IMG/VR virus record: IMGVR_UViG_3300014202_000110 | Location: 1-38,550 of that record | From: a virus | Taxonomy: Duplodnaviria; Caudoviricetes | Strand: one strand, 5' to 3' | DNA length: 38,550 nt | Shown: positions 27,165 to 35,464 of the stretch, one piece after another | Numbering within the stretch: the first letter of the stretch is position 1 | How the letters are laid out: every line of letters starts with the position of its first letter | Position numbers and translations under genes: made by a program | Notes under the pieces: model-generated | The model's input: only the letters and a program-made list of their open reading frames with translations | Databases searched by the model: none | What the model was told of the DNA's origin: nothing

Positions 27165-27624
27165 TGTGGACAATGTGGGTCAAGTGTGGGTTAGGGGAAA
27201 AAAGAGAATGACCCACGCTTAGAGCCTTACAAATAAAGGGTTTGAGGGGTTTGTGGATAATGTGGACTATTTAATTAGAGATTTATTTAAGAATTTATTA
27301 TATGGATATGGGGCTTATAGCGTTGGGGCCACGCTTAGGGGCTGCGCAAAAGGGGGTACAGCGATTTGTGTTTTAAAAAACATGGTCCACAAATACCCCG
27401 TTTTTAGCCCTTTTTCCTTTATTTTCAAGCACTTAGCGATTTTCGAGAATGGTCCACACAAATGGTCCACAAATTCGATTTTTGCCTTTTTGTTATCTGG
27501 CCGTAAACCCTTAGCCAAATTACCAAGCAAATCACCTTTAGCACCTAAAACCAAATGGTCCACATGGTCCACAACTAGGGTCTGCAACCTTTAGTTAATG
27601 GTCCACATGGTCCACATGGTCCAC
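27165..27624. repeat. Intergenic nonamer array (8 x ATGGTCCAC plus inverted related copies); candidate origin or packaging region
   Basis: Copies start at 27382, 27449, 27462, 27555, 27564, 27598, 27607, 27616; inverted TGTGGACAA at 27165 and TGTGGATAA at 27252. Confidence 0.85.
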
Positions 27625-27834
27625 GCCTAGGCATGGCATGGCCACGCATGGCGTGGGCTACTTGCTTTCAGTTACTAACTGACTGGTCGGTCAGCTATTT
27701 GGTTAGTGGCTGGGCGGTATGGGGCTGTTTGATTTCGAGGCCCCCGGGTAGGGCCTGCAATGGGGCCGGTGAGCGCTGGGAGGGGCTGCAAAAACTTTTT
27801 ATTTTTTTTGCAAAATAGTCGTATACTCCCAGCC

Positions 27835-28287
27835 ATGACGTTCAAATCCCTGCCATTTGAGCCTCGTGAGGTAAAAGCCACTGAGGCGCGTCTGCAGCGC
27901 ATATACGACGCTGCTAGGCTTGGTTTGCGTGGCGACAGTCTGGCGCTTGCTTCAGGCCTTCTGCCGGTTGAATTTAGGCGTCTGTGCGAGTTCGACCCAA
28001 TAGCTGAGATGGCGATGCTAAAAGGCAAAGCTGACGGCGAGCAGGAAAACGCAGGGTTACTGCAAGAAGCCGCGAGGCAGGGCGACGCAAAAGCCGCGTT
28101 GGCCATACTGCAGCACGTACACGGCTGGGTGGCTAAGCAGTCGATTAGCGTAGACGTGGATCAGCGCATTAGCGTGCTGACCGCGCTAGACATGGCGCAA
28201 AAGCGCGTGATTGAGGCTAATGCCTTGGATGTTACGGACGTGCCGCACCTAACCATAGAGACATCGGATGCAAGAACCTCAGTTTAG
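27835..28287 (+). CDS. terS: Terminase small subunit (putative)
   Basis: About 150 aa helical protein overlapping the terL start; A..GDAKAALAIL.H.HGW motif; ATG 27835 preferred over 27760. Confidence 0.7.
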   Translation: MTFKSLPFEPREVKATEARLQRIYDAARLGLRGDSLALASGLLPVEFRRLCEFDPIAEMAMLKGKADGEQENAGLLQEAARQGDAKAALAILQHVHGWVAKQSISVDVDQRISVLTALDMAQKRVIEANALDVTDVPHLTIETSDARTSV

Positions 28288-29791
28288 CGCCCAAGAGGAA
28301 ATGGAGTTGATGAGCCGCCTTTGGGCGCCGCAAGTCAAGGACAACCCGCTAGCCTTTGTGATGTTTACTTTCCCGTGGGGGCAGCGCGGCACACCGCTTG
28401 AGCGCTTTAACGGCCCGCGTAAATGGCAGCGCGAGGTGCTAATTGAGCTAGCCGAGCATATCAAGAACAACAACGGCAAGATCGACTTTGAGACTTTTAG
28501 GCTTGCGGTCAGTTCTGGCCGTGGTATTGGCAAGTCGGCACTCGTTAGCTGGGTGGTTATCTGGATGCTATCTACGCGGATAGGGTCTACTACGATCGTG
28601 TCGGCTAACAGCGAGGCCCAGTTGCGGTCGGTCACTTGGGCCGAGATTACTAAGTGGCTCAGCATGTCGCTAAACAGCCACTGGTTTGAGGTGTCGGCTA
28701 CTCGCGTGATGCCGGCTAAGTGGCTGACAGAGATAGTCGAGAAGGATCTGAAGAAAGGCACGCGGTACTGGGGCGTGGAAGGCCGGCTTTGGTCGGCGGA
28801 GAACCCTGACGCCTACGCCGGTGTGCACAACTTCGACGGTGTGATGGTGGTGTTTGACGAATCAAGCGGTATTGATGACGCTATCTGGTCGGTCACAAGC
28901 GGCTTTTTTACGGAAAACACGCCAAACCGCTTTTGGCTGGCGTTTTCTAACCCACGGCGCAATACGGGGTACTTTTTTGAGTGTTTTAACTCCAAACGGG
29001 AGTTTTGGCGCACTAAAAACGTGGACGCCCGCACGGTAGAAGGTACAGATAAGGCGGTCTACCAGCAGATTATTGACGAATACGGGGCTGAATCTAGCCA
29101 GGCGTACGTTGAGGTGTACGGTCAGTTTCCCGATGCGTCCGATGACCAGTTTATTTCTAGCCTTTTGGTCGATGAGGCCATGAAACGGCCACGGTATAAG
29201 GACTTAAGCGCGCCGATCTGCATAGGCGTAGACCCAGCCCGCTTTGGTTCAGACGCTACCGTTATTGCAGTGCGTCAAGGACGGGATCTGGTTGAGATCA
29301 GACGGTTTAGAGGTGACGACACCATGACCGTAGTGGGCCATGTGATTGAGGCGATCGAGGAATTTAACCCTGCAATGGTGGTCATTGATGAGGGTGGCGT
29401 TGGCGGTGGGGTGGTAGACCGGCTAAAAGAGCAGCGCTACAAGGTGCGCGGGCTAAACTTTGGCAGTAAGTCTAAGCAGCCCGTCATGTACGGCAACATG
29501 CGGGCGCAGATCTGGGGGGCTATGCGAGACTGGCTAAAAACGGCTAGTATTCCCCATGACAGGCTGCTTAAGACGGACTTAATATCGCCGTTGATGAAGC
29601 CGGACTCAAAAGGGACAATATTCTTGGAAAGCAAAAAGGACATGAAGGCTAGAGGCCTAGCCTCACCTGATGCGGCAGACGCCTTGGCGGTCACCTTTGC
29701 GTTTTCTTTGGCCCATAGAGAAAAAGTTGAAAAAACCATTTACAAGGGGTATGCTTCCCGCAATGTTGCAACCTCATGGATGGGGGCTTGA
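28268..29791 (+). CDS. terL: Terminase large subunit
   Basis: Walker A SGRGIGKS, Walker B VVFDE, SNP coupling motif, nuclease GVDPARFGSD and SPDAADA. Confidence 0.95.
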   Translation: MQEPQFSAQEEMELMSRLWAPQVKDNPLAFVMFTFPWGQRGTPLERFNGPRKWQREVLIELAEHIKNNNGKIDFETFRLAVSSGRGIGKSALVSWVVIWMLSTRIGSTTIVSANSEAQLRSVTWAEITKWLSMSLNSHWFEVSATRVMPAKWLTEIVEKDLKKGTRYWGVEGRLWSAENPDAYAGVHNFDGVMVVFDESSGIDDAIWSVTSGFFTENTPNRFWLAFSNPRRNTGYFFECFNSKREFWRTKNVDARTVEGTDKAVYQQIIDEYGAESSQAYVEVYGQFPDASDDQFISSLLVDEAMKRPRYKDLSAPICIGVDPARFGSDATVIAVRQGRDLVEIRRFRGDDTMTVVGHVIEAIEEFNPAMVVIDEGGVGGGVVDRLKEQRYKVRGLNFGSKSKQPVMYGNMRAQIWGAMRDWLKTASIPHDRLLKTDLISPLMKPDSKGTIFLESKKDMKARGLASPDAADALAVTFAFSLAHREKVEKTIYKGYASRNVATSWMGA

Positions 29792-29792
29792 C

Positions 29793-29945
29793 ATGCCGTT
29801 GGTTAAATCTGCAAGCAAAGAAGCGTTTAGGAAGAATGTAGCGGCTGAGATTCGCTCAGGCAAAAAGCCTGCGCAAGCAGTTGCAATAGCCCATTCGGTT
29901 AAGCGCGAAGCGGCTAAGTCGCCAAGCAAAAGTAAGGGTAAATAG
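29793..29945 (+). CDS. Small basic hypothetical protein (50 aa)
   Basis: MPLVKSASKEAFRKNV..EIRSGK..AQAVAIA, a type recalled between terL and portal. Confidence 0.7.
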   Translation: MPLVKSASKEAFRKNVAAEIRSGKKPAQAVAIAHSVKREAAKSPSKSKGK

Positions 29946-29947
29946 CC

Positions 29948-30535
29948 ATGTTAAAACGATTTAGAGGCGGTAAGAACAGTATAAACAGAGGCTCTAATCC
30001 TTTTATGTCGCCCGCTGCTTTTCAAAATATGCCGCCACAGGTTATGCCGCCACAGGTTATGCCGCCACAGGTTATGCCTGAAGACCTTTCTCAAGGTCTG
30101 CCTTCGGAGATACCTCAAGGTATGCCACAAGAAATACCTCAAAATTTTTCTCAAGGTATGCCACAAGGTATGCCACAAGGTATGCCACAAGGTATGCCAC
30201 AAGGTATGCCTCCAAACATGCCGCTTGGCATGACTAATAGAAATCCTTTAGGTAACGGCTTTTTGTTTGGTAGGGTAGGTAATCCAATGGGCGGCATGCC
30301 ACCTCCCGGCTTATACAGCCAACGCCCTCAATTTTTTCAAGATTACAGTCCCGGTCAAAATCCGCAAGATGTTATGCAGCGTTTTCGTAGGGGTAGAAAT
30401 AACAAAGGCTTTGGTAATGTAGCTCGTAAAATTGCGGAAGCCGCGCGTAGAATGAACCAAAATCAGTTAGCTATTATGCAAGACCCATCGCAACAACAAG
30501 ATGGTATGACTAATTTTATGAATACGCTTAGATGA
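29948..30535 (+). CDS. Low-complexity Gln/Pro/Met/Gly repeat protein
   Basis: MPPQV x3, QGMP x5; overlaps the portal start (ATGA). Confidence 0.6.
   Translation: MLKRFRGGKNSINRGSNPFMSPAAFQNMPPQVMPPQVMPPQVMPEDLSQGLPSEIPQGMPQEIPQNFSQGMPQGMPQGMPQGMPQGMPPNMPLGMTNRNPLGNGFLFGRVGNPMGGMPPPGLYSQRPQFFQDYSPGQNPQDVMQRFRRGRNNKGFGNVARKIAEAARRMNQNQLAIMQDPSQQQDGMTNFMNTLR
30029..30211 (+). repeat. In-frame tandem repeats
   Basis: ATGCCGCCACAGGTT x3 (30029-30073); CAAGGTATGCCA about x5 (30152-30211). Confidence 0.9.
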
Positions 30536-32718
30536 GCGACAAAAAAAACATACTTGATACAATGCGCAGCCGTCTTAAGATGGCTATATCGGCGTATTCT
30601 GAATCGCGCGAAAATGAGCTAGACGACCTTAGGTTTATGGCCGGCTCGCCCGACAACATGTGGCAGTGGCCACAAGATGTGTTGTCTACACGCGGCTCGG
30701 TGCAAGGGCAGACGATTAACGCTAGGCCATGCCTGACGATTAATAAGCTGCCACAACACGTACGGCAGGTGACAAACGAACAACGTCAGAATCGGCCTAC
30801 GGGCAAGGTAATTCCTGCAGACGACAACGCTGACATCGAGGTCGCTAACGTATTTAACGGCATTGTGCGGCATATTGAGTACATGTCAGACGCTGATACG
30901 GCATACGATACGGCGTGTGAAAACCAAGTGACGTACGGTGAGGGTTATATTCGCCTGCTTACCGAATACTGCGACGAGGATAGCTTTGACCAAGATATTC
31001 GCATTGGCCGTATTCGTAATAGCTTTAGCGTCTACATGGATCCAAACATCCAAGACCCATGCGGCGCTGACGCTCAGTGGTGCTTTATCACCGAGGACAT
31101 TACCAAAGAGCAGTACGAGCGTGATTATCCTAACGCCCAGCCCATCTCATCTATTCAGCAACAAGGCGTTGGCGATCAGTCGCTATCCCAGTGGCTAACC
31201 GAGTACAACATCCGTATTGCTGAGTATTTTCACTACGTACACGAGCCTGCAACGCTAAACCTTTACCCAGGCGGCGTTACCGCTATCGAAGGTAGCCCCG
31301 AGGCTAAAGAAGCTAAGCGCATGGGCCTAATGCCTATCCGCACCCGCCCCGTAGACCGTAAAAAAGTCATGTGGTGTAAGACAAACGGGTACGAGATGCT
31401 AGAAGAACGCGAGTGGGCAGGCAAGTGGATCCCAGTCGTGCGCGTAGTGGGCAATGAGTTTCAGATTGACGGCCGCAACTTTGTGTCTGGCATCGTGCGC
31501 AACGCTAAAGACGCCCAGCGCATGTATAACTACTGGGTAAGCCAAGAGGCAGAGATGCTTGCGTTGGCACCTAAGGCACCGTTTATTGGCTACGGCGGTC
31601 AGTTTGAGGGTTATGAGCACCAGTGGAAAACAGCCAACACGACTAACTGGCCGTACCTAGAGGTTAACCCCGATGTAACCGATGGCAGTGGGTCTGCGTT
31701 GCCATTACCGCAACGCGCAGCGCCTCCTATGCCTCAAACAGGCCTAATTCAGGCAAAAATGGGAGCGTCTGAGGATATTAAGACGACCACGGGGCAGTAC
31801 GATGCGTCTCTTGGCATGGTGTCTAACGAGCGTTCTGGCCGCGCCATTATGGCCCGTCAAACGCAAGCTGACGTAGGAACCTATCATTATGTGGATAATT
31901 TGGCCCGAGCTGTACGCTATGTTACTCGTCAACTGGTGGATCTCATCCCTAAAATTTATGACACACAGCGAATAGCACGTATTATTGGCGTGGACGGCGA
32001 GACTGACATGGTTAAAATTAACCCTGAGCAGCCCGAGCCAGTACGCAAGATTGTGGACGAGACTGGCGTTGTGATCGAAAAGATCTACAACCCGTCGGTT
32101 GGTAAGTACGATGTGGCGGTTACTACCGGCCCGTCCTACATGACTAAGCGGCAGGAATCTATGGAGGCTATGAGCCAGATCCTGCAGGGTAACCCCCAGC
32201 TTTGGGCTGTAGCAGGCGACCTGTTTGTTAAGAACATGGACTGGCCTGGCGCTCAAGAGATGGCTGACCGCCTACGTAAGACTGTCGATCCTAAGCTACT
32301 TGAAGATCAGGACGACCCAGCTTTGCAGGCCGCTAACCAGCAGATGCAAGCTATGGGTCAAGAGTTGGAGCAGATGCAACAAATGCTGCAGAATGTTAGC
32401 AATTCAATGGAAGCCCAAGAGCTACGGATTAAAGAGTACGATGCTGAAACTAAGCGCATTTCTGCGGTATCAGCCGGCATGACGCCTGAGCAGATTCAAG
32501 AGATTGTCGTTATGACCTTGCGGGATGTGATGATGCAGAACGACAATATGCCTGAACAGCCCGAAGGCCAAATGCCTATGGGTATGCCACTTGAAGGTAT
32601 GCCACCTGAAGGTATGCCGCCAGAGGGGATGCCACCTATGGGCATGATGGGCGAGGAACTGCCACCTGAAGCCATGATGGGGCAAGGTATGCCGCCCGAA
32701 CAAGGGGGTGTAATGTGA
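30532..32718 (+). CDS. Portal protein (P22 gp1-like)
   Basis: 728 aa; RPCLTINKL, KDAQRMYNY, SGRAI.ARQ, GKYDVAVTTGPSY.TKRQE; C-terminal coiled coil. Confidence 0.93.
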   Translation: MSDKKNILDTMRSRLKMAISAYSESRENELDDLRFMAGSPDNMWQWPQDVLSTRGSVQGQTINARPCLTINKLPQHVRQVTNEQRQNRPTGKVIPADDNADIEVANVFNGIVRHIEYMSDADTAYDTACENQVTYGEGYIRLLTEYCDEDSFDQDIRIGRIRNSFSVYMDPNIQDPCGADAQWCFITEDITKEQYERDYPNAQPISSIQQQGVGDQSLSQWLTEYNIRIAEYFHYVHEPATLNLYPGGVTAIEGSPEAKEAKRMGLMPIRTRPVDRKKVMWCKTNGYEMLEEREWAGKWIPVVRVVGNEFQIDGRNFVSGIVRNAKDAQRMYNYWVSQEAEMLALAPKAPFIGYGGQFEGYEHQWKTANTTNWPYLEVNPDVTDGSGSALPLPQRAAPPMPQTGLIQAKMGASEDIKTTTGQYDASLGMVSNERSGRAIMARQTQADVGTYHYVDNLARAVRYVTRQLVDLIPKIYDTQRIARIIGVDGETDMVKINPEQPEPVRKIVDETGVVIEKIYNPSVGKYDVAVTTGPSYMTKRQESMEAMSQILQGNPQLWAVAGDLFVKNMDWPGAQEMADRLRKTVDPKLLEDQDDPALQAANQQMQAMGQELEQMQQMLQNVSNSMEAQELRIKEYDAETKRISAVSAGMTPEQIQEIVVMTLRDVMMQNDNMPEQPEGQMPMGMPLEGMPPEGMPPEGMPPMGMMGEELPPEAMMGQGMPPEQGGVM

Positions 32719-33077
32719 GCTGCGAAAAGTTTATAGGCAGGCTATTTTTAGCTCGTGATGTAGCCCATTCGGTGCATTTAAACACCCGTAGCTATGCTAA
32801 ACATCAGGCGTTAAATGCCTTTTACACTGAAGTGATTGAGCTTGCGGATACGTTTGCAGAAACCTACCAAGGTCGAAAAGGGCTAATTGGCCCTATCGCA
32901 CTGCAATCAGCTAAAAAAACCAACAACATTTTGGAGTTCTTAGAAGATGAAATCACGGAAATCGAAAAAATCCGTTACGACGTGGTTCCAAAAACTGATT
33001 CAACCTTGCAAAATATCATTGATGAAATTTTGGCACTTTATCTCTCAACAATTTACAAAGTAAAATTTTTAGCTTAA
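32715..33077 (+). CDS. Ferritin/Dps-like four-helix protein
   Basis: AHSVHL...SYAKHQAL..FY.......D..AE.YQG and NIIDEI patterns. Confidence 0.65.
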   Translation: MSCEKFIGRLFLARDVAHSVHLNTRSYAKHQALNAFYTEVIELADTFAETYQGRKGLIGPIALQSAKKTNNILEFLEDEITEIEKIRYDVVPKTDSTLQNIIDEILALYLSTIYKVKFLA

Positions 33078-33087
33078 AAGGCCTATC

Positions 33088-33390
33088 ATGGAACTATTAA
33101 ATCCTTTAGCAGATTCACTTTTCCCCGCCCGTGCGGTATCTTACACAGGTACTGCAGGGTCTACTACCGCTTGGCCTGCGGGGCCACAAGGCGTCGTAAT
33201 ATGGTCTACCACTCCGTGTTATGTAGCGGTAGGCGAAGGAGCAACCGCCACTACTGCTAGCACTCCAATACCCGCCAATACGCCAATCCCGTTTGTTGTG
33301 CCTAGCGGCGCAGGTGGAAATTGGCGTGTAAGCGCGGTTCAAATTTCTTCTGGCGGGTCGGTTTACGCTAAACCGATCAACATTCGATGA
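33088..33390 (+). CDS. Hypothetical structural protein
   Basis: 100 aa, beta-rich, small residues. Confidence 0.7.
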   Translation: MELLNPLADSLFPARAVSYTGTAGSTTAWPAGPQGVVIWSTTPCYVAVGEGATATTASTPIPANTPIPFVVPSGAGGNWRVSAVQISSGGSVYAKPINIR

Positions 33391-33557
33391 GCTTTGGCAT
33401 ACCCGTCCGTAACGGCCTTGCGCTAGGGTTAGGCAATGTAATGCCTTTAGGAAATGGGGGTGGAAGCGATGACCCCGACCCTACCGTAAATAACCTCGAG
33501 CTAGAGGATGGCAACGACCTGCTGCTAGAAGATGGCGGCTTTATTCTATTGGAGTAA
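33387..33557 (+). CDS. Small protein with LLLEDG-type repeats (56 aa, not in the ORF track)
   Basis: MSFGIPVRNG...LELEDGNDLLLEDGGFILLE; ATGA overlap upstream, stop 3 nt before the DGR target. Confidence 0.65.
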   Translation: MSFGIPVRNGLALGLGNVMPLGNGGGSDDPDPTVNNLELEDGNDLLLEDGGFILLE

Positions 33558-33560
33558 CAA

Positions 33561-35198
33561 ATGGCTGACCAAAAAATATCTCAACTAAACGACGGCAACC
33601 CAGCCCAGACGAATGACCAGATTCCTATAAATAGGGCTGGCACAAACTTCAGCATTACGGCGGGCAGCATTGCTTCATTAGCAACGGGCAACTCTGCCAA
33701 CACCGAAGTTTTATTTAACGACGGTGGGGTGGTTGAAGGGGATTCACGACTTACTTTTGACAAATCAACTGGCGCACTAAACGCCCCCGCGCTTAATGTT
33801 GTTGGTGTAGCCTCCTTTGCGTGGAAATCTAACCAAACGGCTCCGGGTGGAATCTTTGTACCTATGCCGGTTACGCTTACCAAAGCTCATTTGGGTATGC
33901 GTAGATGCTTGGTATTAGATAACGGTACGGTTAACTACTACTTAGACCCGCAAGATTCTACTAAGAAAGCCGATGGTACTGCTTCTGTTCTAACTGGCGC
34001 AGACGGAATGGTGATGGTAGAGATTCCTAAGTTTTACACTCGCAGAGTTGTTACAGGTACGATTACACAATGGTTCGTTGCTGATTCTGCTTTACCCGGA
34101 TATGCCGTTCACCCCGCCTTTGTGAAAGATGGTGTAGAGGTAAACAATCGTTATTACAGCGCTTACGATGCTTGTTTGTGGACTACAAAAGCCATCACGG
34201 ACATTACGCAAGCAAATCCAGCGGTTGTTACTTGCACGGGCCACGGGCTTGTAACAGGCGATGTAATTAAGATTACTGGCGTTGTTGGGATGACTGAGGT
34301 TAACGATCAGACATTTACTGTTACAGCGGTAGATGCAAACACCTTTTCTATCGGCGTAGATTCTACTGGGTACGGTGCTTACACCTCTGGCGGGGGTTGG
34401 GAAGCATATCTTTCTGGATTAAACCTTGATAGCGCTACCGCAAGATATGTTGCAGGCTCTAGCAAATTAACTTCAATTTCGGGTATTTACCCGATGGCTG
34501 GACTAACCCGCGCTGAATTTAGAACCGCCGCATCTAACCGAGGAACATTCTGGAGGCAAGTAGACTTTACCCTCTGGTCTGCGGTTCAAATGTTGTACTT
34601 AAGCGAGTTTCAATCGTTCTTTTCTCAGAACATTTTGGGCGCTGGAAATACAAACGGAACATATTTAACATCATCTACGGCTCAAAGCGATTCGCCGCAT
34701 ACTATTGCGGGCGCATCTAACTTTATGGGCAATATGTCCACAAACTCTGTTACGGGTGCGGGCATTAGCTTAAAGCCCGGCACAAGTTTTATGTGCTACA
34801 GAGGCATTGAGAACTTTTTTGGCAACGTTAACAATTGGGCCGATGGTATTAACGTAAACGTAACCTCAAACGGTAATGTTTATGTAACCAACAACCGCGC
34901 AGACTTTGCAGATGATACATCTACCAACATGACGCTAATTGCTACCACCCTACCTACAGGATCTGGGTTTATTTCTGCCCTGCAAGCAATTGACAACTAC
35001 TTCTTGGCATCTTCCGTATCTGGCGGCTCTGCAACAACCTATATGACCGATCAACATTTTGGATCTACATCTAGTAACCGCGTGGTGCCTGTCGGCGGTG
35101 GTGCGGATCTTGGCTCGGCTGCCGGCGCTTTCTCTGTGGCTGCTGATAATGCGTCCTCTCTTCGTCTTCGTGCTCGTGGCGCTCGGCTAGCTGGATGA
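33561..35198 (+). CDS. DGR target protein: fibre/adhesin with C-terminal C-type-lectin-like fold and VR
   Basis: MADQKISQL N-terminus, VMVEIPKFY, HPAF, YRGIENFFGN, terminal GG...GARL; VR in the last 39 codons. Confidence 0.88.
   Translation: MADQKISQLNDGNPAQTNDQIPINRAGTNFSITAGSIASLATGNSANTEVLFNDGGVVEGDSRLTFDKSTGALNAPALNVVGVASFAWKSNQTAPGGIFVPMPVTLTKAHLGMRRCLVLDNGTVNYYLDPQDSTKKADGTASVLTGADGMVMVEIPKFYTRRVVTGTITQWFVADSALPGYAVHPAFVKDGVEVNNRYYSAYDACLWTTKAITDITQANPAVVTCTGHGLVTGDVIKITGVVGMTEVNDQTFTVTAVDANTFSIGVDSTGYGAYTSGGGWEAYLSGLNLDSATARYVAGSSKLTSISGIYPMAGLTRAEFRTAASNRGTFWRQVDFTLWSAVQMLYLSEFQSFFSQNILGAGNTNGTYLTSSTAQSDSPHTIAGASNFMGNMSTNSVTGAGISLKPGTSFMCYRGIENFFGNVNNWADGINVNVTSNGNVYVTNNRADFADDTSTNMTLIATTLPTGSGFISALQAIDNYFLASSVSGGSATTYMTDQHFGSTSSNRVVPVGGGADLGSAAGAFSVAADNASSLRLRARGARLAG
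35078..35193 (+). repeat. DGR variable repeat (VR)
   Basis: 116-bp ungapped match to 35251-35366; 26 of 28 mismatches lie at TR adenines. Confidence 0.96.
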
Positions 35199-35201
35199 TT
35201 T

Positions 35202-35216
35202 TGCTGCGTAGCAGCA
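35202..35216 (+). promoter_or_regulatory. Post-VR hairpin (candidate DGR homing element)
   Basis: TGCTGC-GTA-GCAGCA, 3 nt after the target stop. Confidence 0.75.
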
Positions 35217-35250
35217 CACTTTTGTAGTAAAGGGGTTAATTTTAGATGAT

Positions 35251-35366
35251 CCGCGTGGTGAATGTCAGCAGTAATGCGAATAATGGCTCGAATGCCGACA
35301 CTTTCTATGTGAATGCTAATAATGCGTCATCTAATCGTAATCGTAATATTGGCGCTCAGCTTGCTG
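35251..35366 (+). ncRNA. DGR template repeat (TR)
   Basis: 11 AAT codons, 30 adenines, directly upstream of the RT. Confidence 0.95.
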
Positions 35367-35464
35367 TGTTTGTTGCCAGTAAAATTAACCCCTTCCCTTC
35401 GGGGAGAATATGTCGATCCAATACAGTTTGGTAGGGCAACCGAAAAACTGGGAGAACAACAGCA

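Noticed and set aside
27154-27165. AGGGGTTAATTT matching the TR 5' flank
   Set aside because: Only 12 bp, with no TR/VR similarity around it; probably chance.
27382-27624. Nonamer array as a CRISPR array
   Set aside because: Repeats are 9 bp with irregular or zero spacing.
27253-27818. ORFs across the repeat region (27253+, 27315-, 27633+)
   Set aside because: No clear RBS and translations simply mirror the nonamer repeats; region treated as non-coding.
29951-30202. Minus-strand WHTL-repeat ORF
   Set aside because: Antisense shadow of the tandem repeats.
35246-35434. 62-aa Asn-rich ORF over the TR as a protein
   Set aside because: An open frame is expected because TR mirrors VR codons, and its putative RBS lies in the predicted stem; translation is not excluded.
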